63,253 bases of DNA, filler included, from Lenisia limosa (GCA_001655205.1; 16 parts of 16 records of this genome joined end to end with filler, not necessarily neighbours in it), one strand, 5' to 3'. Positions 51,301 to 62,466 are shown, numbered from the whole stretch's first letter. Numbers and translations: made by a program. The notes: generated by a model from the sequence alone, not told the origin.

Positions 51301-52743
51301 NNNNNNNNNNNNNNNNNCACCAGAATAGTAAACAACAAAAACCTATAGCTTGAAATTATGAGGCAGCATAATAACGTATGATTATGAAACCCCAAAATAG
51401 CATTGCATATGAGGAAAACAACCCAAAATCAACCCAGAATAGTACAAAATAGCATATACATACATATGCATATGAATAATATAAACAACCCAAAATAGCA
51501 TATACAAACATATAGTACATGTACAGTACAACAATCCAAAATCAACCCAATATAGATTATCAACAACCCAGCTCACCGCTTCAATGGTCACGGTATTTGC
51601 AGTGATAGGCCCGTTAATTGAGACGTTTACTGCCATAACTACAGGAGATTAATATAGAAAGACAAAAACAAGGTTGCATCTGGCCGAAGCCATCCAACCA
51701 TCCCGCTAGTGAGAGATATTGTAATCCAGTTACCAAGTATAATTTAGTTCAAAAACCACGAAGCCGCTCACTGTTAACATTCATAGCCGCAACAGTGGCT
51801 AAAGTAACGGTCGGAGCTTCCACACTCAGATCTCCAGTGATGCTCAATTCAGCTCCAAGCTGAGGTGAGTTAATATTGTAGGTAAGGATAGAGTGAATTA
51901 ATCAGAGTGTAATGCTTAGGGATTCCGCACGGTCCAAAAAAGACTGAATTTCTCGATAAATCCTGGATAAATACCGATATTTGACCGCTCTATTCCGTAC
52001 CCCCCCCCCCCAAANNNNNNNNNNNNNNNNNNNNNNNNNNNNNNNNNNNNNNNNNNNNNNNNNNNNNNNNNNNNNNNNNNNNNNNNNNATGATCCTTGCT
52101 GAGATGGTGTTCTGCCAACGATGTGCGGTCGGTTGTAGGATAAGAGATGCGTTGATCTAGGAGGTTAAAATGCAGATAGGACGTTGATCTGGGAGGAGGG
52201 GGGTAAAATGGGGAAATTTAAGAGAGAAAAAAAAGCCCAATTCGACCCTGTTGCCTGACACCACACGAGAAGAGATAACAACAAAACAAATAAAGCCAAG
52301 GCTGGGGTGGGGGAGGGGGGGTTTAAACGGAGGAAGCCAATTGAAAACTGATAACATATTCCACACTTTACAGAACTGATAGTAGCACCCTCCCCCCCAC
52401 AGACACACACACATATGATATGTCAATATAAATTAATCACATCGCAGAACTGACAAAAATATACCCACTTCCACACTTTACACAATTGATAAAACCCCCA
52501 TTCAGTATATCGCAGAATTGATAATACCCCTCCAAACCGACCATAATAAAATCACTGAAGAACTGAAGACAGCTCAATACTAATGATACTTTGAATAGCC
52601 TGTGGTCTTCACACCACACTTTACAGAATTGATAGTACCCCCACATTCAGCACATCGCAGAACTGGTAGTACCCGGCAATAGTCAGGGGCTTGTTGATGG
52701 TCAGGTCAGAGAAGACGATTTCTGAACCCTCGTGTGTTGTCAT
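48310..52743 (-). CDS. Gly-rich repeat surface/secreted protein with a PSI-like Cys domain (fragment)
   Basis: GGMGGAHGGHGG, WPMSAGGSG, AGGCGGGIIEI, GGSGAGGSIKIE, GGGGGGGII repeats, followed by CESEMTCASCFTKSQCSWC (C..C..C...C.WC). Confidence 0.7.
50937..51080. repeat. Intronic minisatellite, 34-nt unit x4, starting at a splice donor
   Basis: CAACATAACCCCACCTTCAACCCTCCTGATGGAC tandem copies with no spacers. Confidence 0.92.
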
Positions 52744-53179
52744 CTGGAGGAGGTAAGAAATAAATAAATGGTGACCCATATCCAGTTGAGTTATGATCAA
52801 ATATAGAATGTAACCTTTGTGTAGGTCGGGGGGGGGGGGTAAATGGTTGATATACAGNNNNNNNNNNNNNNNNNNNNNNNNNNNNNNNNNNNNNNNNNNN
52901 NTTAATTAATTAANNNNNNNNNNNNNNNNNNNNNNNNNNNNNNNNNNNNNNNNNNNNGCATGAGAGTCACCGCAAGTCACGACACCCAAATTCAATCTGT
53001 AATTCCGAGGTTCCGCGTTCCGCCATTTTTCATTCAAGGAATCTGACCTATTTAAGCAGAAATTCCTCTTCGGTTCGCCCTTTTGAATAGCCAGAATATT
53101 AACTCGGTTAAATTCCGCAGTGTTAGCGTGATAAAAACGTGTTAGACCAACCCCTGGTTTCCCTCCCTTCTCTCCAGCG

Positions 53180-56100
53180 ATGGCCTCGTACCCCTCCGGA
53201 GCCTCTTATGAGTACGCTGCTATATTTAAGTGTTCTGAAGAGCTTTAACAGTGTCATAAGTCCGTCACTGCCCTATCAGTCTTCCATTGCATCTGTTTCT
53301 GAACCTCTAGGGAGCTCCAGAAGTGGTTTCAAGAGAACAAAGACCTCCTCAGGAACGGCACTCCTGGTGATGCTGTGTCCTTCGTGGACTACACCCACTC
53401 TATCATGGTGGGTAACAACTTCTGCAGAAACGAATTCTCTTTTGGATCTCATTCTTTCATTGGATTTCTGCTGCTCTATACTTCTTCTGATAGTGGATGT
53501 TGAGCTTTTTTCGCTATTTACATGCTCTTATTCACCATCTTGATAGTCACTCATACTTACTGTGTTGGATGATAGTCAGTTTGAGTTTACTTGTGAACAT
53601 TATGTCACGGAGACGGATTTCCATTTGACCAGCTTAGGACCGCGTCCAAGGCATTAGAACGTTGGCCAACTTCAAATCCAAGGCCATGAATGAGAAAGTC
53701 GAAAAGGTGGGACTGGGCTGCAATGGTTTGGAATGTCACTACCCGAAACGATGGGTGACGAATAGAGATTGGTTATTATTTCCATGTATCCTCGTCACTT
53801 TCACTCGCAAAAAGAGAATTATCATTTGCTTAGAGCATACACAATTGCCAAGCATAATCCCCCCTCTTATATTCTCAACTTAGCCAATAGTGTTGATTTA
53901 TTTGAGGGGGATGTCATTGATAAGAATTTGCGGTGCTGCAGAAGCGAGTGGCCTGTGCTTTTCATTGTTTTGTTGTTATCAACCCTTGTGTTGCTAGCCG
54001 ACAGAGTTTGATTTGGGCTTTTTGTTTTTACCCCCCCCCCCCAGAAAGTCCTGGACTCCATCACGTGCGCCTTCAGACCCGGCCGTATGGTGCTTGTCTC
54101 TGGCATGCCCGGTGAGGGGTGGTGTTGTTAATTTAAGGGAGAGGGGTGGTGTTGTTATTTTAAGGGAGAGGGTATTGGGTTCGTGTTGACTTATGTGAGG
54201 GAGGTAATGAACTTTCAATATCCAACTGAAATTACTGCCATCACAGGATCCGGCAAGTCTTCTCTTCTTCAGGCTGCGGCAGGAAGAATCCCAGCCACGG
54301 TTTGTCGTGATGATACGAAATACCACATTATATAAAAGCTCAGCATCCCCAGTATCCTTACCACATCTGACATTACCATGGCCTTTCTTGAAAGCAATTG
54401 ATGATATTATGTGAGTTCAACTCACCTCATTAGTCGGGAGAGGTCAGGCTGAATTGCCTCAAGATGCCCATGACCTACAAGGCCGAATCTTCATATGTCT
54501 CTCAGCGTGACGTGCATTTGTGTGAGCTTGGGTCACCTGTGAATATCGATACTACCAGGCTATTTTGGAGGCTGCTCTTCTTTTGTGTTGTTTACTTGCT
54601 GTTTTTTTTTTATGAGTATTGCTGAACTCTGAGCTTTACTGCGTTTTGGTACCAATGTGGGACCGTACGGACCAATGCGGTGGCTGACTCCTTAGCCACT
54701 TTGACTGTACGCGAAACCCTGCTCTTCTCTGCACGCTGTCGTTTCAGTGCCACATCCACCAACGATGAAATTAATGACATGGTGGGTTATTTTTAAATAA
54801 TACTTTCAAATGTGTTCTTGTTGTTATGACTCTTTTCATTATTTTAATCCAACATCCGATAGGTGTGATGTGTGGAGGGCTTCGGCCGGATACTACCATA
54901 TTATTTTTTTCTCTTTTCGACCTGTTTCCAAAGAAGTTCAATTTTTTTATTGGGACATTCAGTTTTTCGCATGTCTAATTTTCATTCGTCATTTGCCATA
55001 ACCAGACAGGTGGACATCATCATCCAAATGCTGAACCTGAAGAGCTGTGCTGAATCGCTGGTTGGTGACGAGACCATTCGAGGCATTTCTGGTGGAGAGA
55101 AAAGACGGCTTTCTATCGGTTTGCTTATTGTCTGTATTGCTCAGAGTCTGCTCCTTCCATCCCTCCTTTTAAGAAGCCGAAGCAGCCCTCTAACGCTTTT
55201 AGGCGTGGAAATGGTCCTGGGGTCGCGGTCATTCTTCTTTGACGAGCCCACCAACGGCCTTGACGCGAACGCAGCGCTGGAGGTGGGAGGGATACTCAGA
55301 TGGTACAGTCGTATAAGTCCTCGATATTGAGATTGAAACCAGTCTCTTTAGAAGTTATTCGAAGTAATAAAAATGTAATACCGCATTTCTGATCCCCAGT
55401 TATATCCAGTATGACCCCCCAGGTTCTTAAGGCATTGAAGGCCGTCAGCAGCCTCGGATACCCTGTTGGAGTCGTAATCAAACAAGCAAGTGACCAGGTG
55501 AGTAGTCTGACGTCAGCTCATAGGTCACTCGCCTCCCCCCCCCCCCCNNNNNNNNNNNNNNNNNNNNNNNNNNNNNNNNNNNNNNNNNNNNNNNNNNNNN
55601 NNNNNNNNNNNNNNNNNNNNNNNNNNNNNNNNNNAAATATCAATACCCCTCTTGTCTCTTCCAACCTCTCCCCTGCATATTTTCCCATGACCCCCCAGAT
55701 GATTGAGCTTTTCGATGACGTGGCTCTCTTGACACGTGGCAAACTGGCTTTTTTCGGCCCCCTGCAGGCCTGTCTCAACCATTTCGAGGGTCTTGGTCTC
55801 TGTATCCCCGCCCTCTCCACAAAGGCTGAATTCTTTGGTTGGCAGGATACTGGGTCTTCGGTGGACTGAGGGACAATTCGAAATTAGTCAAAGCATCATA
55901 TTATATTGGCTGTGTTTGTTGTACAAAATGAGAAGGTATCCAATTTGGTAAAACAATCATACTACCATGTATCAAGGATACAGTTTACAACGTTTTCTCC
56001 CGCTCTTTAATGAGTCATATTGGTGGTCTTTAACAGCCCCAGAGGAAGTCACGGAGTGGACCGCTAAATATGGCAAAACACCGAGTGCCACTGCCCTCAC

Positions 56101-57715
56101 CCCTGATGCCCTCGTGAACGTGGGGAACTCTTTTCACCTTTATTGCCATTATGAAGGCGTTTGTCTTGATGACATCCATAGCATCGGGTTTTAATTTCTC
56201 CACTGGTGCTGACATAACCCGACCCCATTAGCGTTACAACGCGTGTGAACACTTCACAAATGCTCGAGATGCCGCGGATTGTGACGGAGCTTCGTGCTTA
56301 GAGCCCATGGGTAAGATGGGCCTTTTGTTGCAGATTGTATGTCTTTGCTCTTGGTGAATGAGGACTTGGGTATATTGTTTACTTCCTTATTACATCCCCT
56401 TGTATGTCTCCTACCCTTCTCACCGTGCAGTCAAGAGCGAAACGGCCAGCTTTGGGAAGCAGCTCTCTCTTCTTCTATCCCGTGTATGAAAGTTAACTGT
56501 TACCCTCACACTATCACATTTTGCACGGATTTCATTACAACATTCCACATCAATCAGTATTGTCATTCCCCACACATTTCCAGTTTACCCCGTCTTCCCT
56601 CAGCAACGCACAGTCATCCGACGCAACACTCAGGCTTTGCGCGCGCGCCTCATGAGCTCCATAGTTATTTCTGTTGTTTTCGGTATGCTGGTTTACTTTT
56701 ACCTGACCAATCTTTTCGATGGTTGTGGATGGTGATCTTTCTCTAATACACAACGATATTCAGTATTGTATAAATAAACTCCACATCATGGCTAATAGAC
56801 TCCACATCATGGCTAATAATACAGGAACACTCTTCTTCCAGCTGGAAAACAACCAAAATGACTTGCTTCTTCGCTATTCAATTTTGTGAGCAATTGAAGT
56901 AATTAGTTTATTATGACTGAGGCTTACCAATGGCCCAAGAAAATTCTACCTTTTTCACGATGTTCTTTCTTTTTGGAAACATTGGGAAGCACTGCTGTCT
57001 TATTCTCATTGTTATGCCAGTGTTGAATGATTCACGTTGCTAACGCCATTAGTTTCATGATTTGCCCCATTCTGATGCTCTCCGCTCTCCGAACCATTCC
57101 GTCCCTTGCTGCTCAACTCGAAGTGGGATCTTTTATGGATTCTTGGCACCTATTCTGGGTATTATTCTTACTCAATTTCCATTTTCCTACTTTTTCAGAT
57201 AGTAATAACTGATGCGGACGGCTTCTGCCAGATACAATTTTGTTTTTTTATTTCCAATCGCCTTATATAAATATAAATACAACCCCTTGAAAGTTTATTG
57301 TGGTAGTATTAATTTCGAAGCAATATTGCGTTATGAATTTAGGTGTTACGCAAACAAAAAGCATCTCGTCTCTTCAGCACCCTCGCGTTCTACCTCTCCG
57401 TGATTTTGACTGACGTTCCACTGCTCTTTGCTGAGGCCATTTTCCTGACCATTCCGCTATATCTGTAAGCAAAAGGCCGTGATAAAACAATGCAGAAATC
57501 CTACTCAAGGAATCTGGCATGAAATCTTCAAATTTTCTTCGAAATTCAATATTCTCAATAATTCCATACTCCTGCTGACAATCTTGTGAACCTCATGCCT
57601 CAGACTTGCTGGGCTGGAGGCTGAATCGTGGCGCTTCCTGTACTTCATTTTCCTTGTCTTTGGTGGCCTTCTCTTTACCCACGCCGTGGCAAGGAACATT
57701 GTGGCAATTGTCAAG
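53180..57715 (+). CDS. ABCG (PDR-like) ABC transporter, NBD1 and first TMD
   Basis: Walker A GMPGSGKSS, LTVRETLLFSARCR, LVGDETIRGISGGEKRRLSIG, Walker B FFDEPTNGLD, VIKQASDQ, followed by hydrophobic TM exons. 3'-truncated. Confidence 0.95.
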
Positions 57716-59094
57716 GTTGGGGCACCTTGCGTTGAACGCGTTTGATTCGGAATAATTAGTCTGTAANNNNNNNNNNNNNNNNNNNNNNNNNNNNNNNNNN
57801 NNNNNNNNNNTTAATTAATTAANNNNNNNNNNNNNNNNNNNNNNNNNNNNNNNNNNNNNNNNNNNNCCGCCGATATCTGACAATTTATCATATAATAAAA
57901 CAGACTTACTCCAAATAGAATATTATTTCCCCAAATAGAATTAATCTGTTAAGCATATTACCCCTAGTTCCGCCCCCATAATCCGTGTAGTGTGACTCTG
58001 AGCACCCCATGAACAACGTTATGGATATCATCGCCCTCACCGCGACCCTCATCTCCATTATCGTCGTGGAAGTATCAATCTTAATGATCCACGATGCTCC
58101 CCTCGGTATTCGGGACCCCCCCGAGGAAATCGAGGAAGATGGCCGCCATTGGATGGCATATGAAGCTATATGATCTATGATACACTATCTCCCCTTTCCC
58201 ATGCTGAAAATAGAATGAGATTAGGTTCTCACTTCTCGTGACTATGAATGTGTTGGTCAGTTGTTTTCATTTTAATGTATTCTTACCTTTCTTCAAACAC
58301 CTGAGTCAAATAAAAGTTGGAGTATTAGTTTTTTTGAACATTTTTATAACAATTTGGGAATCAAATGAATCAAATACTGTATGCTATAATATTAGTTTTT
58401 CGCCTAGAAAACCCCAAGTTTTCTTGGGAGTGGTTTTGGTGTTTTCAAGGTGCTTGCCGAAAACTCCAAAGAAAACCACAGAAAACGAGGGGAATTAGAC
58501 CGAGTCAGGATTTTTCTATTCCAGGTTAACATTGGAAAATAGTATTTAAAGATGGGCGAAGTAGCCTGACGTGTTTGCCAATGAAGAGACTCCTCGCTAC
58601 TCAACTGATGCAAACGCAAAACAAAAAAAATCCCCAAGTAGATAGAAAGCAGGAAAAATTGGATAAGCTACAGTGTAATAATAAATAAGTTGTAAAAGTT
58701 CTAGGGGTAATNNNNNNNNNNNNNNNNNNNNNNNNNNNNNNNNNNNNNNNNNNNNNNNNNNNNNNNNNNNNNNNNNNNNNNNNNNNNNNTTTGGATAGTA
58801 TTTCTTTCAAAGAAGAGTCTTATTTATTTCTATCACTCTCAGAAACTCAAGCCAATGCATAATACCCCTCAGAAAAATCCAACATCTCCATAGTCACAAG
58901 CACGAAGGCAAACGGCCAATTCAGCCAAGATCAGAGATTGCACAATCGTTCGGTCAAACAGTAGGGACAAAGGGTTTGGAACTGAACGACTGTTTCACTT
59001 TTCGAACGCTTTCGTCCACTCGCTGCTGTGTGAGTTGAATTGTTATTTTGAAAAAAAAACCCAATTCTGAACAACGTTTCAATCACATAACTAC

Positions 59095-59191
59095 GGGCTT
59101 CACTTCGCTTCAAAAAAAGACAGAAATTCTCGATAAATCCTCGAAAACTATCGATATTTCCACGGTTTTTTCGAACTGAAGTGAAGCCCTA
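59095..59191. mobile_element. Family B MITE
   Basis: Clear TIRs; flanks ATAACTAC / GTAACTCC (6/8). Partial copies also at ~12315, 14405, 14495, 36230, 36735, 44104, 49735 and 51917. Confidence 0.85.
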
Positions 59192-59510
59192 GTAACTCCC
59201 TCCAACATTCAACGTTTCAATCATGTGATGCACGACAGTGAGAGCATCCCCATAGTTTCCTGAAGCAACTGGGGCTATAATGTAAAAGGCTAAATCATGG
59301 GAGGAGCTAGGATAGGGGCAGATGACAGCTAAAATAGAGCTGAAATGTAAATGGCAAATAATCATCAGGACAAGTCTTTTTTTTACCANNNNNNNNNNNN
59401 NNNNNNNNNNNNNNNNNNNNNNNNNNNNNNNNTTAATTAATTAANNNNNNNNNNNNNNNNNNNNNNNNNNNNNNNNNNNNNNNNNNNNACCGAATAATCT
59501 GAAACGTAGT

Positions 59511-61108
59511 CTGGGGGAGGGGGAGAGAGAGAGAAAAATAACCCAAATTAACTTTTTTGGATCAGCATTTGACGAAAGAATTTTCGATTGGGGGGAGGGG
59601 GTGAAACAAAGGAATGAAATGAACATAAACAAACACACAAAATCAAATATTCCGGCAAATCTTTGGGGCGGGNNNNNNNNNNNNNNNNNNNNNNNNNNNN
59701 NNNNNNNNNNNNNNNNNNNNNNNNNNNNNNNNNNNNNNNNNNNNNNNNNNNNNNNNNNNNNNNNNNNNNNNGCGAAGATAGAAAAAAGCCAAAAAAGATG
59801 ACATTGGGGTTTCAATGGCGAAATCCAATTAACCTGTTCTGAAGCACCTATTTTGATTAATGCCGTTGTTTCGGAATTATAAATCTTCTTAAGGGTAGTG
59901 TTGTCGGAACACTGACGATCCCCTCATACTGCAGTCAGACTTGGAAACCAAATCAATATGATATCGCAGAGAACTCGGGAAGCAAACAAGAAAAGTGGTC
60001 AGGCCAATACGCCCAGTTCCTGGACCTAATCGCCATGGCTGTTTGCCCTTTTCTTGGCTCTGTGGTTAAAGATGAAGATATTCGGCCTGGTTAATGCGTT
60101 AGATAAGAGCCCTTTGCTCTTAGAGCGATTTGAACGTTGTTTGCCCTTTTCTCAAACAGCTAATGACATAAAAGGGAGCAATTTTTGGGGTGCAATAAAG
60201 ACTTAAGCAGTTGGGGAGGGGGACTAATGTTGTAGAAATCAACTCTGGTACTTATGAATTAGCGCCTCACCCGATTCTCCACTTGACACCGACCTACTGA
60301 CGCTTCAAGATCAACAGAGTATGTGATGGTATTAGAGTATATAGTATTCAAGCTAAGTCCACCTATGATGACTTTCAGCTGATACTGTGAGCCTTCGTTG
60401 CTTCTTTTGAACATTTGATGCTTTTGCTGCAACAGCAAGTAATACATTCAGATTCTCCATGTGCTTGATAAGGGATCTTGATCTTGCAATCAAAGAGTGG
60501 ATACCATGACCTCGTTGCCTTTCACTTCAAGGCCAAGACTCTTCTGTAGTGGGATCCGCAATTTACCAGGGTTTTGTCAAGGAGGTTTTTTCCGTTGCGC
60601 AGGGGTAGAAGCTTTTCACTGCATGGTACTTCGCAGCTGCCGGGAGGTATGCCGAAGGTGTTTGGGTTCCGTCTCTTGAAACTGACAAAGCCCATTTATA
60701 AGCCTTGGAATTGCCCTCGGGTAGGTCCCATCCAAAGAATATAAGCACTATGAATTAAAGCAGCGTACCAAATTCAATCAGGCTCGAATAAATGTCAAAA
60801 AAGTACTGTTACCTTCCATCGCCATCTCCGTATTACGGTTTTGCCGACCATTGCGAGCTGCTCAAGTTGGAAAATCCCACGCACGAGGCTCTCCGTCGTA
60901 TTGCTGAAAATACCTCCCTTCCTGTCTTCACTATTTTCTTAATCTTGTTTACACCGAATGGCTTTTTGTTTCCCGCCATTTCAAGATGGTCGTTTTGTAT
61001 TTCCAATTTCTCTTCAATTCGACATTTTCCATATTCCAATGATCCTGCCACCGACATGCGTGCTGTGGGAAAGCTTGGGGTCTTGGTTTTGGCCTCACTC
61101 ACCGAGCA
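59511..61108 (-). CDS. Hypothetical multi-exon gene fragment
   Basis: Minus-strand C-rich acceptors at 59511 and ~59590, and exon-like blocks (KSLGLEVKGNEVM; ARMSVAGSLEYGKCRIEEKLEIQ). Phases not fully resolved. Confidence 0.35.
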
Positions 61109-62028
61109 AGCTGTAGGAAAACGTATCGTATTCTGTGGTGGTAGATGTTTTTAGATTACAGTTGATTCTGTTAATATCAATATGCGCAAAACAGTAACCC
61201 GGATTTCAAATTGAAATATCACGTCTTCTACTTTACCAATTTGTCGCATAGTATATCTCTTCTCTTACCCCCTCCCCCAAAGTCATGCTCTCTTCTCAAG
61301 ATCGGTTACGTTTCTTTTAGTACTGCCGATTCGTATTGCTCATGTAAGGATGCAGATTTATTTGTAAGTAGTTTAGGCTATTAGGAGTGCGCTCTTACGA
61401 AGATGCGATTTAAAAGTATTTTATATAACTCAATTTCAAATTGGTTGTGGACATTCGGGTGAGTTCATTGAATGGAGGAATGGACATATGGACACCCCGT
61501 GCTCTTTTGAAAACACTAATATTCTCTGATGACCCCCTGGGACTTCTTCGACCATAAACCCGTGTAAAAGGAAAAAGCGGAAAAGAAAAAATAAAAAAGA
61601 AAAGAAGATCAAAAGGCTTGAAGCTGTAAACGGTTATAATAATAAGTGAAATTTAATTTTGAAACACAACCCAATACCAACAGCTTTGGAGAAACAATAG
61701 CAATAACCACCAACAAATTAGACGAAGCAATAGTAAGTACAAAATAAAAGCCACCACCAACAGCTTTGGAGAAGCAATCAGGGCGAGATTTATGGAATCA
61801 CCCAAGTCCTCAAAGCACTCCGCAAAGGGCACCCAAGAGTTACTAAAATATTAAGGAGGAAACATGTTCAAATCAATGATGTGTTGGTAAATGACTGCCT
61901 AAAATATTATGTTAGGAAGGGGGGGGGGNNNNNNNNNNNNNNNNNNNNNNNNNNNNNNNNNNNNNNNNNNNNTTAATTAATTAANNNNNNNNNNNNNNNN
62001 NNNNNNNNNNNNNNNNNNNNNNNNNNNN

Positions 62029-62466
62029 ATTTCTGAATTGCTGCACGCACTGCTGCACCTTCTTCTGTTTTCATTCAAAAAAAAAAATAAATGGGTAAGT
62101 TCTTATTTATTTGAAAAATAACCCCTAGACCTGCCTCTCTTGGCTCCANNNNNNNNNNATTTACCCTCCCCGAACCAGAACAAGACTCTTGGTACTTATA
62201 TGGTTTATGGCTTTTGAGTTTTTCAGCCGGCAGCCTCCCCCCCTTTCCAATAACATATACAACAACAACAGCAGAGTACAACAACAAACACTACTTCACC
62301 ACTAACAAGAAGTAAACAGCAAACACATAAACAAGATCCAAGTCCTTTGATTTCTGAATTGCTGCACGCACTGCTGCACCTTCTTCTGTTTTCATTCAAA
62401 AAAAAAAATGGGTAAGTTCTTATTTATTTGAAAAATAACCCCTAGACCTGCCTCTCTTGGCTCCAG
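62029..62466. repeat. ~120-nt direct repeat (62029-62148 vs ~62352-62465) beside a 10-N gap
   Basis: Near-identical blocks differing in A-run length; may be a scaffolding artefact. Confidence 0.75.

Noticed and set aside
53020-53029. YY1-like CCGCCATTTT upstream of the ABCG start (and AAGATGGCGG at 35061)
   Set aside because: Short motif, one copy is intronic, and significance cannot be judged from this window.
57867-59388. Possible exons on scaffold 14 (58000-58170, 58930-59030)
   Set aside because: Coding-like composition, but strand and frame could not be fixed.
8255-59828. Long ORFs in the track containing X-runs
   Set aside because: They read through N gaps and introns. Real coding segments are short exons.
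60499-60504. U12-type donor (GTATCC), also at 55936
   Set aside because: Lacks the following TT(T) and a TCCTTAAC branch box.
7182-61984. TTAATTAATTAA recurring at intervals, and apparent gene neighbourhoods across it
   Set aside because: Always centred in exactly 44+44 N: a contig-concatenation spacer. No biology or synteny can be inferred across it.
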